Assembly: GCA_038845265.1 (NCBI GenBank) | Contig: JAWBQR010000003.1 | Coordinates: 32,001-96,000 of the forward strand | Direction: 5' to 3' | Origin: Nitrososphaerota archaeon | Lineage (GTDB): Archaea; Thermoproteota; Nitrososphaeria_A; Caldarchaeales; Calditenuaceae | Length of the DNA: 64,000 nucleotides | In this document: positions 29,577 to 40,113 of the stretch, in pieces | Position numbering within the stretch: position 1 is the stretch's first letter | Layout: every line of letters begins with the position of its first letter | Program-made: the position numbers and the translations under genes | Notes under the pieces: model-generated | What the model saw: the letters and a program-made list of their open reading frames with translations, nothing else | Database searches by the model: none | Told to the model about the DNA's origin: nothing

Positions 29577-31517
29577 CTAACCTAAAATTATTCTTAAAAA
29601 TCTATAAACTATTCCACCTAACAATATTGCGAAGAATATCTCGAAGATAGTTATTAGGAAAGCTTTCTTCCAGCCGATCTCCTTTATCAGAGCAGCAATC
29701 GTTGATATGCACGGGATGTAAAACATTGCTACAACTGTAAAGACAATCATGTTGATGGGACCGAATCCCTGAATGTCTAGGAAGTTGGATGTCCCGAATA
29801 TTGTGGAAAGCAAAATTACCATGAGCTCCTTCCTCAGTATACCAAAAATCAGCGTTATTCCCGTCATCATTGGGAGGCCGAGCCAACTTACTGTTATAGG
29901 ACTAAGCGCTGCTACTATTGGACCTGTAAGTCCAAATAATTCAATCATCTTTATCGCGACGCTTCCCAGAACTATTAGTGGAAAGGCTATTTTAATAAAC
30001 TCAAATATTCGGAACCATGTTTGTTTTAATACTGTTTTGACGTGGGGCATTCTATATTCATGCATCTCCATTATCAGCGCAGTAGGCTCTCCCGGCAAAG
30101 CCTTAAATGCAATCCTCCCAAGAAGAAAAATTATTGCTAAGTTGAATATGTATATTGCCAATGCATATTCAATTCCTAGGAATTTTCCCACAAGGCTTAG
30201 AATTATTATTGTCCTCGCAGCGCATGGTACAAGAGTGACAATAAAAGTCGCTATTGTCCTCTCTCTCTGCGTCTCCAATATTCTGCATCCAATACATGCT
30301 GGGACATTACAGCCATATCCGAGAAGTAGCGGGATGAAGGCTTTACCGTGAAGCCCCATCCTATGCATCAGGCTATCCATTAGGAACGCGACTCGGCTTA
30401 TGTATCCTGAATCCTCTAATAAGTACAATACGATATAAAGTGGTACGAGATAAGGAAATACTACTGTGATTCCAGCTATTATTCCTTCAGCCGCACTCCA
30501 GAACAATTCTCCAATTGGCCCGGCTCTAGAGATGCTATTAAATAAAGTCTGCCCATTATAGAATAATGCATTTAATAAATCTGAGATATAGCCTCCGACC
30601 GTAAATATCGTGTAAAACATTATCAACAGTAAAGAAATCATTATTGGATAGCCCCATAGTTTATGTATCGTTAATTCATCCAGCTTTTCTATTAGTTTAG
30701 TCCTTGCCGGTGAAGTTATACGCTCCACTTCTCTAGCAATATTGCATGCCTTTTCGTACCTCTCAGCGATTATTGCTTCGCCACATGGCCGGCCCTCAAT
30801 GCTTTCTATCTCCTTTGCAAGTTGTCGGGCAACCATAATAAGCGCTGGATTAAGTTTGTTTACCTCATTCTCAACTTCCTCATCACCCTCCAGTAATTTA
30901 ATAGCGGCATATCTTGCAGGATAACGAAGTCCCAGGCCCTCGATCAATTTTACAAGCCTTTCAATTCTCTCCTCTATTTCTCTTCCGAGCTTTACATAGT
31001 TGTTTTGAGTGTTTATTCCCTTCCGAGCTATCTCTATTACTTTTTCCATTAATTGGTATATTCCTACACCTTTTATCGCTATCGTCGGTATGACTGGTAC
31101 TCCGAGGATTTCTTCTAATTTTTTTATATCTATATGTATTCCTTTTTTTGCAGCTTGGTCAACTTGGTTCAATGCAATGATCATTGGTCTACCTAGTTCG
31201 ATTAGCTGTAATGTGAAGTATAGATTTCTTTCAAGCGTTGATGCGTCTATCACGTTAATGACTACATCGGGCTTTTCCATTACGATGTAGTTCCTTGTTA
31301 TCTGCTCTTCTATCGAATATGCCGAGAGGGAGTATATTCCGGGCAGGTCTATTATGTCTATGGTGTAGCCCCTGAAGTGTAAGGTTCCCTCTGCCTTTTC
31401 CACTGTTTTGCCAGGCCAGTTACCTATATGTTGATGAAGACCGGTAAGATAATTAAAGATCACGGATTTTCCGACATTTGCGTTACCAGCGAGAGCTACC
31501 TTAATCGTCTTTGCCAT
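29577..31517 (-). CDS. feoB: Ferrous iron transporter B
   Basis: GNANVGKS, NWPGKTVE, DLPGIYSL, LEDSGY, GYGCNVPA, FYIPCIST. Confidence 0.96.
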   Translation of the reverse strand: MAKTIKVALAGNANVGKSVIFNYLTGLHQHIGNWPGKTVEKAEGTLHFRGYTIDIIDLPGIYSLSAYSIEEQITRNYIVMEKPDVVINVIDASTLERNLYFTLQLIELGRPMIIALNQVDQAAKKGIHIDIKKLEEILGVPVIPTIAIKGVGIYQLMEKVIEIARKGINTQNNYVKLGREIEERIERLVKLIEGLGLRYPARYAAIKLLEGDEEVENEVNKLNPALIMVARQLAKEIESIEGRPCGEAIIAERYEKACNIAREVERITSPARTKLIEKLDELTIHKLWGYPIMISLLLIMFYTIFTVGGYISDLLNALFYNGQTLFNSISRAGPIGELFWSAAEGIIAGITVVFPYLVPLYIVLYLLEDSGYISRVAFLMDSLMHRMGLHGKAFIPLLLGYGCNVPACIGCRILETQRERTIATFIVTLVPCAARTIIILSLVGKFLGIEYALAIYIFNLAIIFLLGRIAFKALPGEPTALIMEMHEYRMPHVKTVLKQTWFRIFEFIKIAFPLIVLGSVAIKMIELFGLTGPIVAALSPITVSWLGLPMMTGITLIFGILRKELMVILLSTIFGTSNFLDIQGFGPINMIVFTVVAMFYIPCISTIAALIKEIGWKKAFLITIFEIFFAILLGGIVYRFLRIILG

Positions 31518-31794
31518 TGCTTCTGTATACCTCTACAATTATTCTTTCAGCTATTCCTCGTCCAACTACTATTCTTGACCCCCTTACTAGTACTTCTATT
31601 GGTCCATGAAATGGGGCTGAGCCTATGACTGTAATTCTCGTTCCAGGGGTTATTCCCATCTCCATTATTCTCCTAGCGTGACCACATCCACGTCCCCTTC
31701 CATGACTAGGAATTATAGCTACAACTGTTCCAGATTCGCCTGCCCTTAATTCTGTCAATGAAACTCTTTTCTTATTTTCGTCGGAATTATTCAT
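31501..31794 (-). CDS. feoA: Ferrous iron transport protein A
   Basis: RIMEMGITPG...APFHGPI..VRGSRIVVGR; overlaps feoB start. Confidence 0.92.
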   Translation of the reverse strand: MNNSDENKKRVSLTELRAGESGTVVAIIPSHGRGRGCGHARRIMEMGITPGTRITVIGSAPFHGPIEVLVRGSRIVVGRGIAERIIVEVYRSNGKDD

Positions 31795-31811
31795 TGACTC
31801 ACCCGTATTCT

Positions 31812-32477
31812 TTAACGCTGCTTCACTTGTATGAGAGAGGCAACCTTCCTGTTCAATGCTTGTTGTCTCGTCCCGACCCTAATGGTAATCGGACCGTCAA
31901 ATGGCTCGATATTCAATATCTCGACCAAGGCTCCAGGAACAAGACCTACGCTCTTAAGATATTGTAAGAGTTGTACACTTTCATCAGTAACTTTTACGAC
32001 CTCGCATTGGATTCCAGCCTTGAGTGAGGATAACGGCAGACAGCTTTCATCGAAGACCTTTCCACTCTCTGTTGGGATTGGATTGCCATGTGGACAAGTC
32101 TTAGGATGATTTAGTGCTTCATCTAACAGCCTGGCGATCTCCTCGCTAATACTATGCTCCAGCCTACATGCAGCATTGTGAGATTTTTCCCATTCTAACT
32201 TTAAGAGGTCGGTAAGTAGCCGCTCAGACAAGCGATGCTTCCTTATCACATCTATTGCAATCTTGCGTCCTTTCTCAGTGAGCCTAACACCTCTATATGG
32301 GTGATGAATTATGTATCCCATCCTCCTCAATCTCCTTAACGTATTGGTTACAGTTCCCGGCGAGAGTTCTAACGACTTAACGATTTCACTAGTCCTAGCT
32401 ACTTTGAACTTTTCCTCAAGCTTGTAAATACACTCTAGATATTCCTCTAAAACCTCGTCACCACTTCTCTTTTTCAT
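31812..32477 (-). CDS. DtxR/MntR-family metal-dependent repressor with C-terminal FeoA domain
   Basis: EEYLECIY, RKHRLSERLL, ACRLEH, CPHGNPIP. Confidence 0.93.
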   Translation of the reverse strand: MKKRSGDEVLEEYLECIYKLEEKFKVARTSEIVKSLELSPGTVTNTLRRLRRMGYIIHHPYRGVRLTEKGRKIAIDVIRKHRLSERLLTDLLKLEWEKSHNAACRLEHSISEEIARLLDEALNHPKTCPHGNPIPTESGKVFDESCLPLSSLKAGIQCEVVKVTDESVQLLQYLKSVGLVPGALVEILNIEPFDGPITIRVGTRQQALNRKVASLIQVKQR

Positions 32478-32494
32478 CGTATCCCTGAAATTAA

Positions 32495-32516
32495 AAATTA
32501 CGACTAGTCGTAATTT
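32495..32516. promoter_or_regulatory. Perfect 22-bp palindrome, candidate DtxR-family operator
   Basis: AAATTACGACTAGTCGTAATTT, 18 bp upstream of the dtxR-feoAB start; a partial copy CTAGTCGTAAATT follows at about 32526-32538. Confidence 0.75.
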
Positions 32517-32560
32517 AAGTTTTTTCTAGTCGTAAATTGACTACTGTTAAAAACGATTGT

Positions 32561-33547
<987 letters not shown>

Positions 33548-35527
33548 TCATGCACCCCGGTTCATGACGACCCTCTTAGCGTCTTTTTGCAATACTTCAA
33601 TTAGTCCGTCTCTTATCTCTGTTGAAGAGAAGGGTCTTCCATTGTATTTCAGGATATAGTTTGTCGGCTTCAAACCGGTAGCCATTGTTAGAAGCTTACC
33701 TATCTGTCCACTGTAGTTCTGCTCAATGTCTATGACCTTTCTGCCGTCTTTGAGAATGTCAGATACGGGCTGGCCTGGGAACGGATGCAACATTCTAACC
33801 TGTAGAAAACCGATGGAATACTTTTCTGGAAGCATTTCAAGCGCATCGATTATTGGTCCCTTAGTTGATCCCCAGCTGATCACCCAAATATCTGACGATC
33901 TATCGCCGTAAATCGAGATCTTCTCGTCGCTCGGAACAGTCTCCTCTATGAGTCTGAGCTTGCCCATTCTCTTATTCATCATTCTTGTCCTATTGGTGGG
34001 GTCTTCGTCGATGTGGCCATACTCGTCATGCTCGTCGCCCGTGTTCCAGAAGATAGTGCCTGGGCTTCCTAGAATTGCTCTTGGCGATACACCAGTCTCC
34101 GTGAATTTGAATCTCCTGTACTTCTCTCCAGGCGCCGCCTCATATGCGAATTCACCTCTCTCAATTACTACATCGCCGATATCTGAAAGTTTTATGGTCT
34201 GTGTAGCATTGGCGATCGCCTTGTCCAATAAGTGAATAACTGGCACTTGGAACTTCTCAGCATAGTTAAATGCACGGACAGTATCGTAAAAGGCCTCCAA
34301 CATGTCTCCTGACGCAATCACGATTCTTGGAAACTCGCCGTGGCCGGCGAAGACGGAGAATAAAAGATCTCCTTGTTCATGCCTAGTTGGAAGACCTGTG
34401 CTTGGTCCTGCTCTTTGATAATGTGTCACCACTACTGGGACTTCATTCATCCCTGCCCATCCAAGTCCTTCGACCATTAAGGAGAAACCTGGCCCAGAAG
34501 TAGCCGTGGCTGATCTTACACCAGTCAATGCCGCGCCTATCGCCATGTTGATCGCCGCTATCTCGTCCTCAGTCTGCATTACAACGATGTTTCCTTTATC
34601 GATCAGCGTGTTCGTCTCAGCTATGTGGGGATATTCGAGCTCGGGTGAAGTGGCTATCCTAAACGTCATCTTGTCCTCAAGATAGACACTCTCATCTGCT
34701 GCCGGCGTTATTGGATAATATGTCTGGAACCTGCAGCCAGAGTATATCTTCGCAATACCGACTATGCTTGTTCCACTGAATAGTAATACCTCATCGCTTC
34801 TCGAGCGATTAGGCAAGCTATATGCGAAATCCTCACTGAAGTTTGTCCTGACGTAATCATATACAACCTCGCAGGCCTTAACGTTCATATCAACTACTTT
34901 CTTCTTTGCTCTAAAGGAGTATGAGAGACCCTTGTAGAGATTGCTGGGGTCAGCTCTCAATACGGCAAAAGACGCTGCAACTGCCATCGTGTTTAACATT
35001 CTTACAAGTGCGCTTAACTGTGTTTGTCCTATGAGTTCTCCGGTCTTCTTGAGTAATTCCATGTATGGTATAGGAAATAGCTTTACGTTCCTTGACTGGG
35101 CAAGAGTGAGGACGTCTTTTAAGGTGTCTCCGAGCCCATTCTTCTCAAGTTCTTCCCTAATTTCATCTGATATCCTCTGCTCTATGGATGGAATATTTTT
35201 TAGACGCTCACCCTCTAGGTCCTTGTCATAGATAATTCCTCCTCCCGGAACAACCTCAAATGCATGCCTAAAAACAGTCTCCGCGTCAAAAGAGACAAGC
35301 AGATGAACATCATCAATGATACTATTTATCGGGTTATCAGAAGCCACCACGCAGAAATAACTATGACGACCCTTTATATTGGAATAGTACTCCCTTTTAC
35401 CATAGACATAGTATCCAGCAGCCGCCGCAGCATAGGCATATACATTCGCAGATGTATCGACACCAGTGCCCTGAGCACCTCCAATCATCCAGCTAAACAA
35501 AAATTTTCTATTTCTGAATAAAGCCAT
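33548..35527 (-). CDS. 2-oxoacid:ferredoxin oxidoreductase alpha subunit (gamma-alpha fusion)
   Basis: GGAQGTGV, YYPITPA, EDEIAA, TSGPGFSLM, QRAGPSTGLPT. Confidence 0.95.
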   Translation of the reverse strand: MALFRNRKFLFSWMIGGAQGTGVDTSANVYAYAAAAAGYYVYGKREYYSNIKGRHSYFCVVASDNPINSIIDDVHLLVSFDAETVFRHAFEVVPGGGIIYDKDLEGERLKNIPSIEQRISDEIREELEKNGLGDTLKDVLTLAQSRNVKLFPIPYMELLKKTGELIGQTQLSALVRMLNTMAVAASFAVLRADPSNLYKGLSYSFRAKKKVVDMNVKACEVVYDYVRTNFSEDFAYSLPNRSRSDEVLLFSGTSIVGIAKIYSGCRFQTYYPITPAADESVYLEDKMTFRIATSPELEYPHIAETNTLIDKGNIVVMQTEDEIAAINMAIGAALTGVRSATATSGPGFSLMVEGLGWAGMNEVPVVVTHYQRAGPSTGLPTRHEQGDLLFSVFAGHGEFPRIVIASGDMLEAFYDTVRAFNYAEKFQVPVIHLLDKAIANATQTIKLSDIGDVVIERGEFAYEAAPGEKYRRFKFTETGVSPRAILGSPGTIFWNTGDEHDEYGHIDEDPTNRTRMMNKRMGKLRLIEETVPSDEKISIYGDRSSDIWVISWGSTKGPIIDALEMLPEKYSIGFLQVRMLHPFPGQPVSDILKDGRKVIDIEQNYSGQIGKLLTMATGLKPTNYILKYNGRPFSSTEIRDGLIEVLQKDAKRVVMNRGA

Positions 35528-35579
35528 AACAATATAATTGCTCCAGGGCGCTATATAAATATCCTTTAACTAATCAGAA

Positions 35580-36161
35580 TCATTCGATCTTTATACTCTT
35601 TGCAGGTCTCTCGGCCTTCTTTTTCTTGAGAATTACTTCGAGGACACCATTTCTGTATGAAGCCTTTGCAGAGTCTGGGTCAACCTCCTCGGGCAGGTCT
35701 ATTTCCTTGTAGTATTTTCTCTGTTCAGTGTCCACCTTTATCCTGAGACTGTTATCGATCACTGATAGGTTTATGTCTTCCTTATTGACCCCTGGTATTT
35801 CTGCGACCACTCTTATCTGCTCTTCTTCATTTAGCACATCCACTAGTGGCTCCCTCTCCGTCCTCACCTCGAGCATTTCTCCCCGTCTGCCGGGCCTGAA
35901 ATTCCCGAACTCTCTTATGATGGGTTTTCCATCAGGACCTATAGTTATCGAGTATCCCCATACTAATGGTCCGACCTCACGCCTTACTCCGCCAGGTGTC
36001 CTGATCTCCCTGATAAGCTCCCTCGGAATATTCTTCTCAAAGAACTTCATCTCTTCATCAAACCATCTCTCCATTTCTCGAATCATGTCTTCAAAATAGT
36101 CGATGAAAAAAGGAAATCTACGCCTCCTAAACCATCTATCTATTGGATGTTCATCACCCAT
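35580..36161 (-). CDS. hsp20: Archaeal small heat-shock protein Hsp20
   Basis: GYSITIGPDGKP, EREPLVDV, AEIPGV, ASYRNGVLEV, C-terminal IKIE (IxI). Confidence 0.93.
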   Translation of the reverse strand: MGDEHPIDRWFRRRRFPFFIDYFEDMIREMERWFDEEMKFFEKNIPRELIREIRTPGGVRREVGPLVWGYSITIGPDGKPIIREFGNFRPGRRGEMLEVRTEREPLVDVLNEEEQIRVVAEIPGVNKEDINLSVIDNSLRIKVDTEQRKYYKEIDLPEEVDPDSAKASYRNGVLEVILKKKKAERPAKSIKIE

Positions 36162-36339
36162 AAACTACACCGACCTATAATTGTGCAATTCTCCATATAT
36201 ATCTTTTATTGATGTTATTTGCCGAGACAACCGCTCAGTAAATTCCAGTACCTCAACAAATCCATAAATAATTGATGAGCCTAGAAATAGATGGAGCCTG
36301 TAAAGCGTAGGTTGACTAAGTTAAGGGACGCATCAAGAA

Positions 36340-37482
36340 TTGATGGGAAGATTCAAAATTGAAGAGAGATATGACCTCTGGAAATTAGCGACGTTCATCC
36401 CAAACAAAAACATACCAATTCATAGATGGTTTTATTTTAAGGAAGGCTTTTCACGTGACTTAGTCGAACTATTATGCAAAGAATTCAAATTAAACAACGA
36501 CAAATTAGTGTTAGACCCTTTCGTGGGTTCTGGAACAACGACCCTTACATGCATGGAGCTTGGGATAAGATCGATAGGCGTTGATGCCTCGCCTCTAGCT
36601 GTCTTGGTCGCGAGCGCTAAGACAAGGATTTATTCAGCTAAGGAGCTAACCGATACTCTGCAGAGACTTATAAGTTCACCCATGAAGGATTTATCTGGAA
36701 TAGATAATCTATCTCCGCTTACTCGCCGTGCTTTTCCACCTGAGACCCTTAAGCTAATCATCTCAATTAGGAATTGCATAAAGTCGCTTGATAATCCTGA
36801 CCATAGACTATTCTTCACGCTGTGTTTGATGAATGCTGCAATGAATTCTTCATACATCCATAAGGACGGCTCAGTCGTCAGGATAGTTAAGAGACCTAGG
36901 CCGAGCCTATTGAAGACCTTCAAGAAAACCGCGAATGAGATGATTAATGATGTCGTTAAGGCAAGATTGAAGACAGGGCCGGCCGAGATTTATCTCGGAG
37001 ATGCCCGTCGACTCAGCCAGATACCAGAAGAGTCTATCGACGCGATAATCACTTCTCCACCCTATCTCAACAAGATTGAATACACGAAGGTATACGCTGT
37101 CGAGTTTGACCTGTTCATCTCTGGACATACATCCAGCTTAGTTAGGTCTTACATAGGCATGACCCCGCGGGACAGGTCTGACATAATTATTGACGCGGGT
37201 GATCTGCCCGACTCAGCTATTGCCTACCTTAGAGATATCGAGGATTCATTAATCGAGATGTATAGAGTCCTTAAGAAAGGCGGTAGAGCGGCAATAGTTG
37301 TTGCCGGCGGAGTATATCCAGACAGGATAGTAGAAACTGACATACTGATCTCAGAGATTGCTGAAAAAATAGGGTTTAAGGTCGATAAGATACGCTTCAT
37401 AAACAAGAGAGTAGCAACCACTGGGCGAATAAGGAGAATAGGAGAATCGAGAGAAAGCATACTCTATTTCACCAAGGAATAA
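36340..37482 (+). CDS. DNA amino-methyltransferase (probable N4-cytosine), no adjacent endonuclease
   Basis: HRWFYFKEGFS, motif I DPFVGSGTT before motif IV TSPPY. Confidence 0.85.
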   Translation: MMGRFKIEERYDLWKLATFIPNKNIPIHRWFYFKEGFSRDLVELLCKEFKLNNDKLVLDPFVGSGTTTLTCMELGIRSIGVDASPLAVLVASAKTRIYSAKELTDTLQRLISSPMKDLSGIDNLSPLTRRAFPPETLKLIISIRNCIKSLDNPDHRLFFTLCLMNAAMNSSYIHKDGSVVRIVKRPRPSLLKTFKKTANEMINDVVKARLKTGPAEIYLGDARRLSQIPEESIDAIITSPPYLNKIEYTKVYAVEFDLFISGHTSSLVRSYIGMTPRDRSDIIIDAGDLPDSAIAYLRDIEDSLIEMYRVLKKGGRAAIVVAGGVYPDRIVETDILISEIAEKIGFKVDKIRFINKRVATTGRIRRIGESRESILYFTKE

Positions 37483-37520
37483 AGCTAATAGTAAGTTACA
37501 TTCTTTCAAAATTTTATCAA

Positions 37521-37646
37521 TGGTCCCGGCGGCAGGATTTGAACCTGCGGCCCTCCGGTTTCTGTACGCCCGGTAGGCTGAAATAGGCCACAGCCTCTTG
37601 GCTGGCCTCTACAGCCGGACGCTCTACCAGGCTGAGCTACGCCGGG
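37521..37646 (-). tRNA. tRNA-Tyr(GTA) with 49-nt intron at 37/38 and encoded CCA
   Basis: C1-G72 acceptor CCCGGCG/CGCCGGG-A-CCA; anticodon arm TCCGG-CT-GTA-G|intron 37608-37560|A-CCGGA; BHB central helix CTGT/ACAG. Confidence 0.92.
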
Positions 37647-37712
37647 ACTCCGAATGATGAAAATATTGACGAATATTTAAAATCTATTTCGTATAAGCAT
37701 ATAGGGAAAACG

Positions 37713-38012
37713 CTATGCGCCATTTCTCCTGGCTTCCTTTTTAATAATTCCTGAGAATAAAGCATAGGTAATAACTGCAGCCACCACTATTACTAAAATT
37801 GTCACTGAAAGTCCTATGGGGTCTGTTAATCTTGTAAGGACGCCGGTATATAGATATCTCGGCGAATTATTACTACCCAACAATAACGTCATGATTAGTG
37901 AGATAAGAGTTATGGCGAAGTAGTCAAGCGCTGCCAAAATTATGAAGAATGTAACTACGATCAATATTAACGTGAGTGGATTAGCATTAATTATGTGGAT
38001 TCTATGATTCAT
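37713..38012 (-). CDS. Hypothetical membrane protein
   Basis: ATG-started 99-aa ORF with 2-3 hydrophobic helices, fills the gap downstream of MarC. Confidence 0.6.
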   Translation of the reverse strand: MNHRIHIINANPLTLILIVVTFFIILAALDYFAITLISLIMTLLLGSNNSPRYLYTGVLTRLTDPIGLSVTILVIVVAAVITYALFSGIIKKEARRNGA

Positions 38013-38060
38013 CCTTTTTCCCAGTAATTCAGCATTTAGGCTACTACTTAATTCTTCGGT

Positions 38061-38654
38061 TCAGAGAATTCCTGACTGTAATCCTTTGATGATATATTCT
38101 ACTGCGATGGCGGCTAAAAATACCGCCATGACTTTCGCGACAACATCAAGTCCAGTCTTCCCCATAAATTTGTAAATAATGCTGGTTGACGTGACAATTA
38201 TCCAAGTTATAATCATTACCAGAATAATCGATATGACCGCTATTATTGGTCCGTAAGCATTTATCGCGATCATCGTCGTGGTTATCGCTCCGGGACCCGC
38301 TAGGAGTGGAAAACCAATTGGAAAAACGCCCACATCCCTCTTAGCACCGTAAAGCCACCTCTCACCTCCCTGGATCAGTATCTGAAGGGATATCAAGAGG
38401 AGGAGAATGCCACCAGCTATCATGAAACTATGAAGTGAAATTCCAAAAAGCAGGAGCAGTTGATGTCCAGCGAATGCAAATACCAGTAAGAGGATGGTCC
38501 CACTCATGACGCCGGTATTGAAGACTCTTTTACGCTGTTCAGAGTCAAGAGAATTGGTGAGCTCTACAAAGATGGGAATGTTTCCAAATGGGTCTACAAC
38601 GACGAAGAGCGCAACAGTTGCTCTGAGCAACCCATCAATGAATACGTCCATCAA
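38061..38654 (-). CDS. MarC family membrane protein
   Basis: LFVVVDPFGNIPIF, FMIAGGILL, PIGFPLLAGPGAITT. Confidence 0.92.
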   Translation of the reverse strand: MMDVFIDGLLRATVALFVVVDPFGNIPIFVELTNSLDSEQRKRVFNTGVMSGTILLLVFAFAGHQLLLLFGISLHSFMIAGGILLLLISLQILIQGGERWLYGAKRDVGVFPIGFPLLAGPGAITTTMIAINAYGPIIAVISIILVMIITWIIVTSTSIIYKFMGKTGLDVVAKVMAVFLAAIAVEYIIKGLQSGIL

Positions 38655-38742
38655 GCTATAAAAGTCTCAACACATCATTAATATGTACTCTCCTTGATAG
38701 TAGTAGAGCCTAAAATATTCCCTCTTCATAGTGCTGACCGAG

Positions 38743-38814
38743 GCCCCGGTAGCTCAGTGGTAGAGCGGCCGCCTCGTAAGCGGCAGGTCGCGGGTTCGAC
38801 CCCCGCCCGGGGCT
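38743..38814 (+). tRNA. tRNA-Thr(CGT)
   Basis: GCCCCGGTAGCTCAGTGGTAGAGCGGCCGCCTCGTAAGCGGCAGGTCGCGGGTTCGACCCCCGCCCGGGGCT; arm GCCGC-CT-CGT-AA-GCGGC. Confidence 0.95.
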
Positions 38815-38844
38815 CCTCATTATTCTACATCTTTATCTCTTGGC

Positions 38845-40110
38845 TTGCAATGTTTTTGTAAAGGTGATTTGTCCACGCTCGGAATTAGGGGAAGCTATGG
38901 ACATGAGCTTAAAGGTAAGAAGATTGCTCTCTGCATCACTTCTAGCGTCTCTTGCTACAGAGCTCCAGATATTGCTAGATTATTGATTAGACATGGGGCC
39001 GAAGTGATTCCAGTAATGACAAGAGATGCGGCGAGACTTATCAGTCCAGAGATACTTAAGTGGGCAACTGGGAACGAGCCAATAGTCGAGATAACCGGAA
39101 AGACGGAACACGTCATGCTAACCGAGACAGAAAGTAGAGTAGACCTCGTACTGATAGCTCCCGCCACAGCAAACACGATAGGAAAAATTGCTAGTGGAAT
39201 CTCTGACAACTCAGTAACGCTACTCGCGTCATGCGCATTAGGTGCAGGAATACCAATAATCATTGTGCCAGCGGCTCACGAAACTATGATTTTTAATCCA
39301 CTACTAACTCGAGCTATCAGGATACTGAGGGACGCAGGGATAAAGATTATTGAGCCAGCCATGGAGGAGGGAAAAGCAAAGCTCCGATCTCCTGAAGATA
39401 TAGTTGAGACAGTTATGGAAACACTAATGCCTAAGCCACTAATTGGTAGAAGATTCATCGTGACAGCAGGCCCTACGAGGGAAAAAATTGATGACGTCAG
39501 ATTCATAACTAACGCGAGTTCAGGCAAGATGGGGATCGAGATTGCCAGACAGTTAAAATACCTAGGAGCAGAGGTAACGCTAATCCATGGACCAATCACT
39601 GAGAAGGTACCGCCTGGAATAAACACTATAAAGATTACTTCGGCGGAGGAACTCACATCCAGATTAGTAGAGGAGACTATGCGAGTGAGGGCGGACGCTG
39701 TATTCGCCGTGGCAGCAGTCACTGATTTTAAGCCTATAGAGTCAATGCGGGGAAAACTTGATAGTAGAACCTCAGAGATAATTAATCTCCAGCTAGTCAG
39801 GAATAGGAAGGCGATTCAAGAGCTAAGAAAAGCAAGTCCCACCGTAGATATCATTGCCTTCAGAGCAGTTTATGGCGATGTAGAGGACCCGGTGGCGGAG
39901 CTAAAGAAACTACAATCAGAGGCAGGCGTCATGATGGTTGTCATAAATGACATTTCGAGAAAAGAAGTCGGCTTCGGCTCAGATCTCAACGAAGTCACAA
40001 TAGTTACTTCTTCACAAAAGATAATCAAGACAGGTCTCAGGCCTAAGAGAGATATAGCTAAGGTTATTGTTGAGACATATATCGAAGAGAAGGCAAAAAC
40101 CCCAGCCTAG
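38845..40110 (+). CDS. coaBC: Bifunctional phosphopantothenoylcysteine decarboxylase/synthetase
   Basis: APATANTIGKIA, TAGPTREKIDDVRFITNASSGKMG, AAVTDF, GFGSDLNE; true start may be slightly downstream. Confidence 0.93.
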   Translation: MQCFCKGDLSTLGIRGSYGHELKGKKIALCITSSVSCYRAPDIARLLIRHGAEVIPVMTRDAARLISPEILKWATGNEPIVEITGKTEHVMLTETESRVDLVLIAPATANTIGKIASGISDNSVTLLASCALGAGIPIIIVPAAHETMIFNPLLTRAIRILRDAGIKIIEPAMEEGKAKLRSPEDIVETVMETLMPKPLIGRRFIVTAGPTREKIDDVRFITNASSGKMGIEIARQLKYLGAEVTLIHGPITEKVPPGINTIKITSAEELTSRLVEETMRVRADAVFAVAAVTDFKPIESMRGKLDSRTSEIINLQLVRNRKAIQELRKASPTVDIIAFRAVYGDVEDPVAELKKLQSEAGVMMVVINDISRKEVGFGSDLNEVTIVTSSQKIIKTGLRPKRDIAKVIVETYIEEKAKTPA

Positions 40111-40113
40111 AAA

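Noticed and set aside
29773-30351. Long antisense ORFs (also 18566-19099, 44022-44555, 49348-49965)
   Set aside because: Shadows of well-supported genes on the opposite strand, with no motifs of their own.
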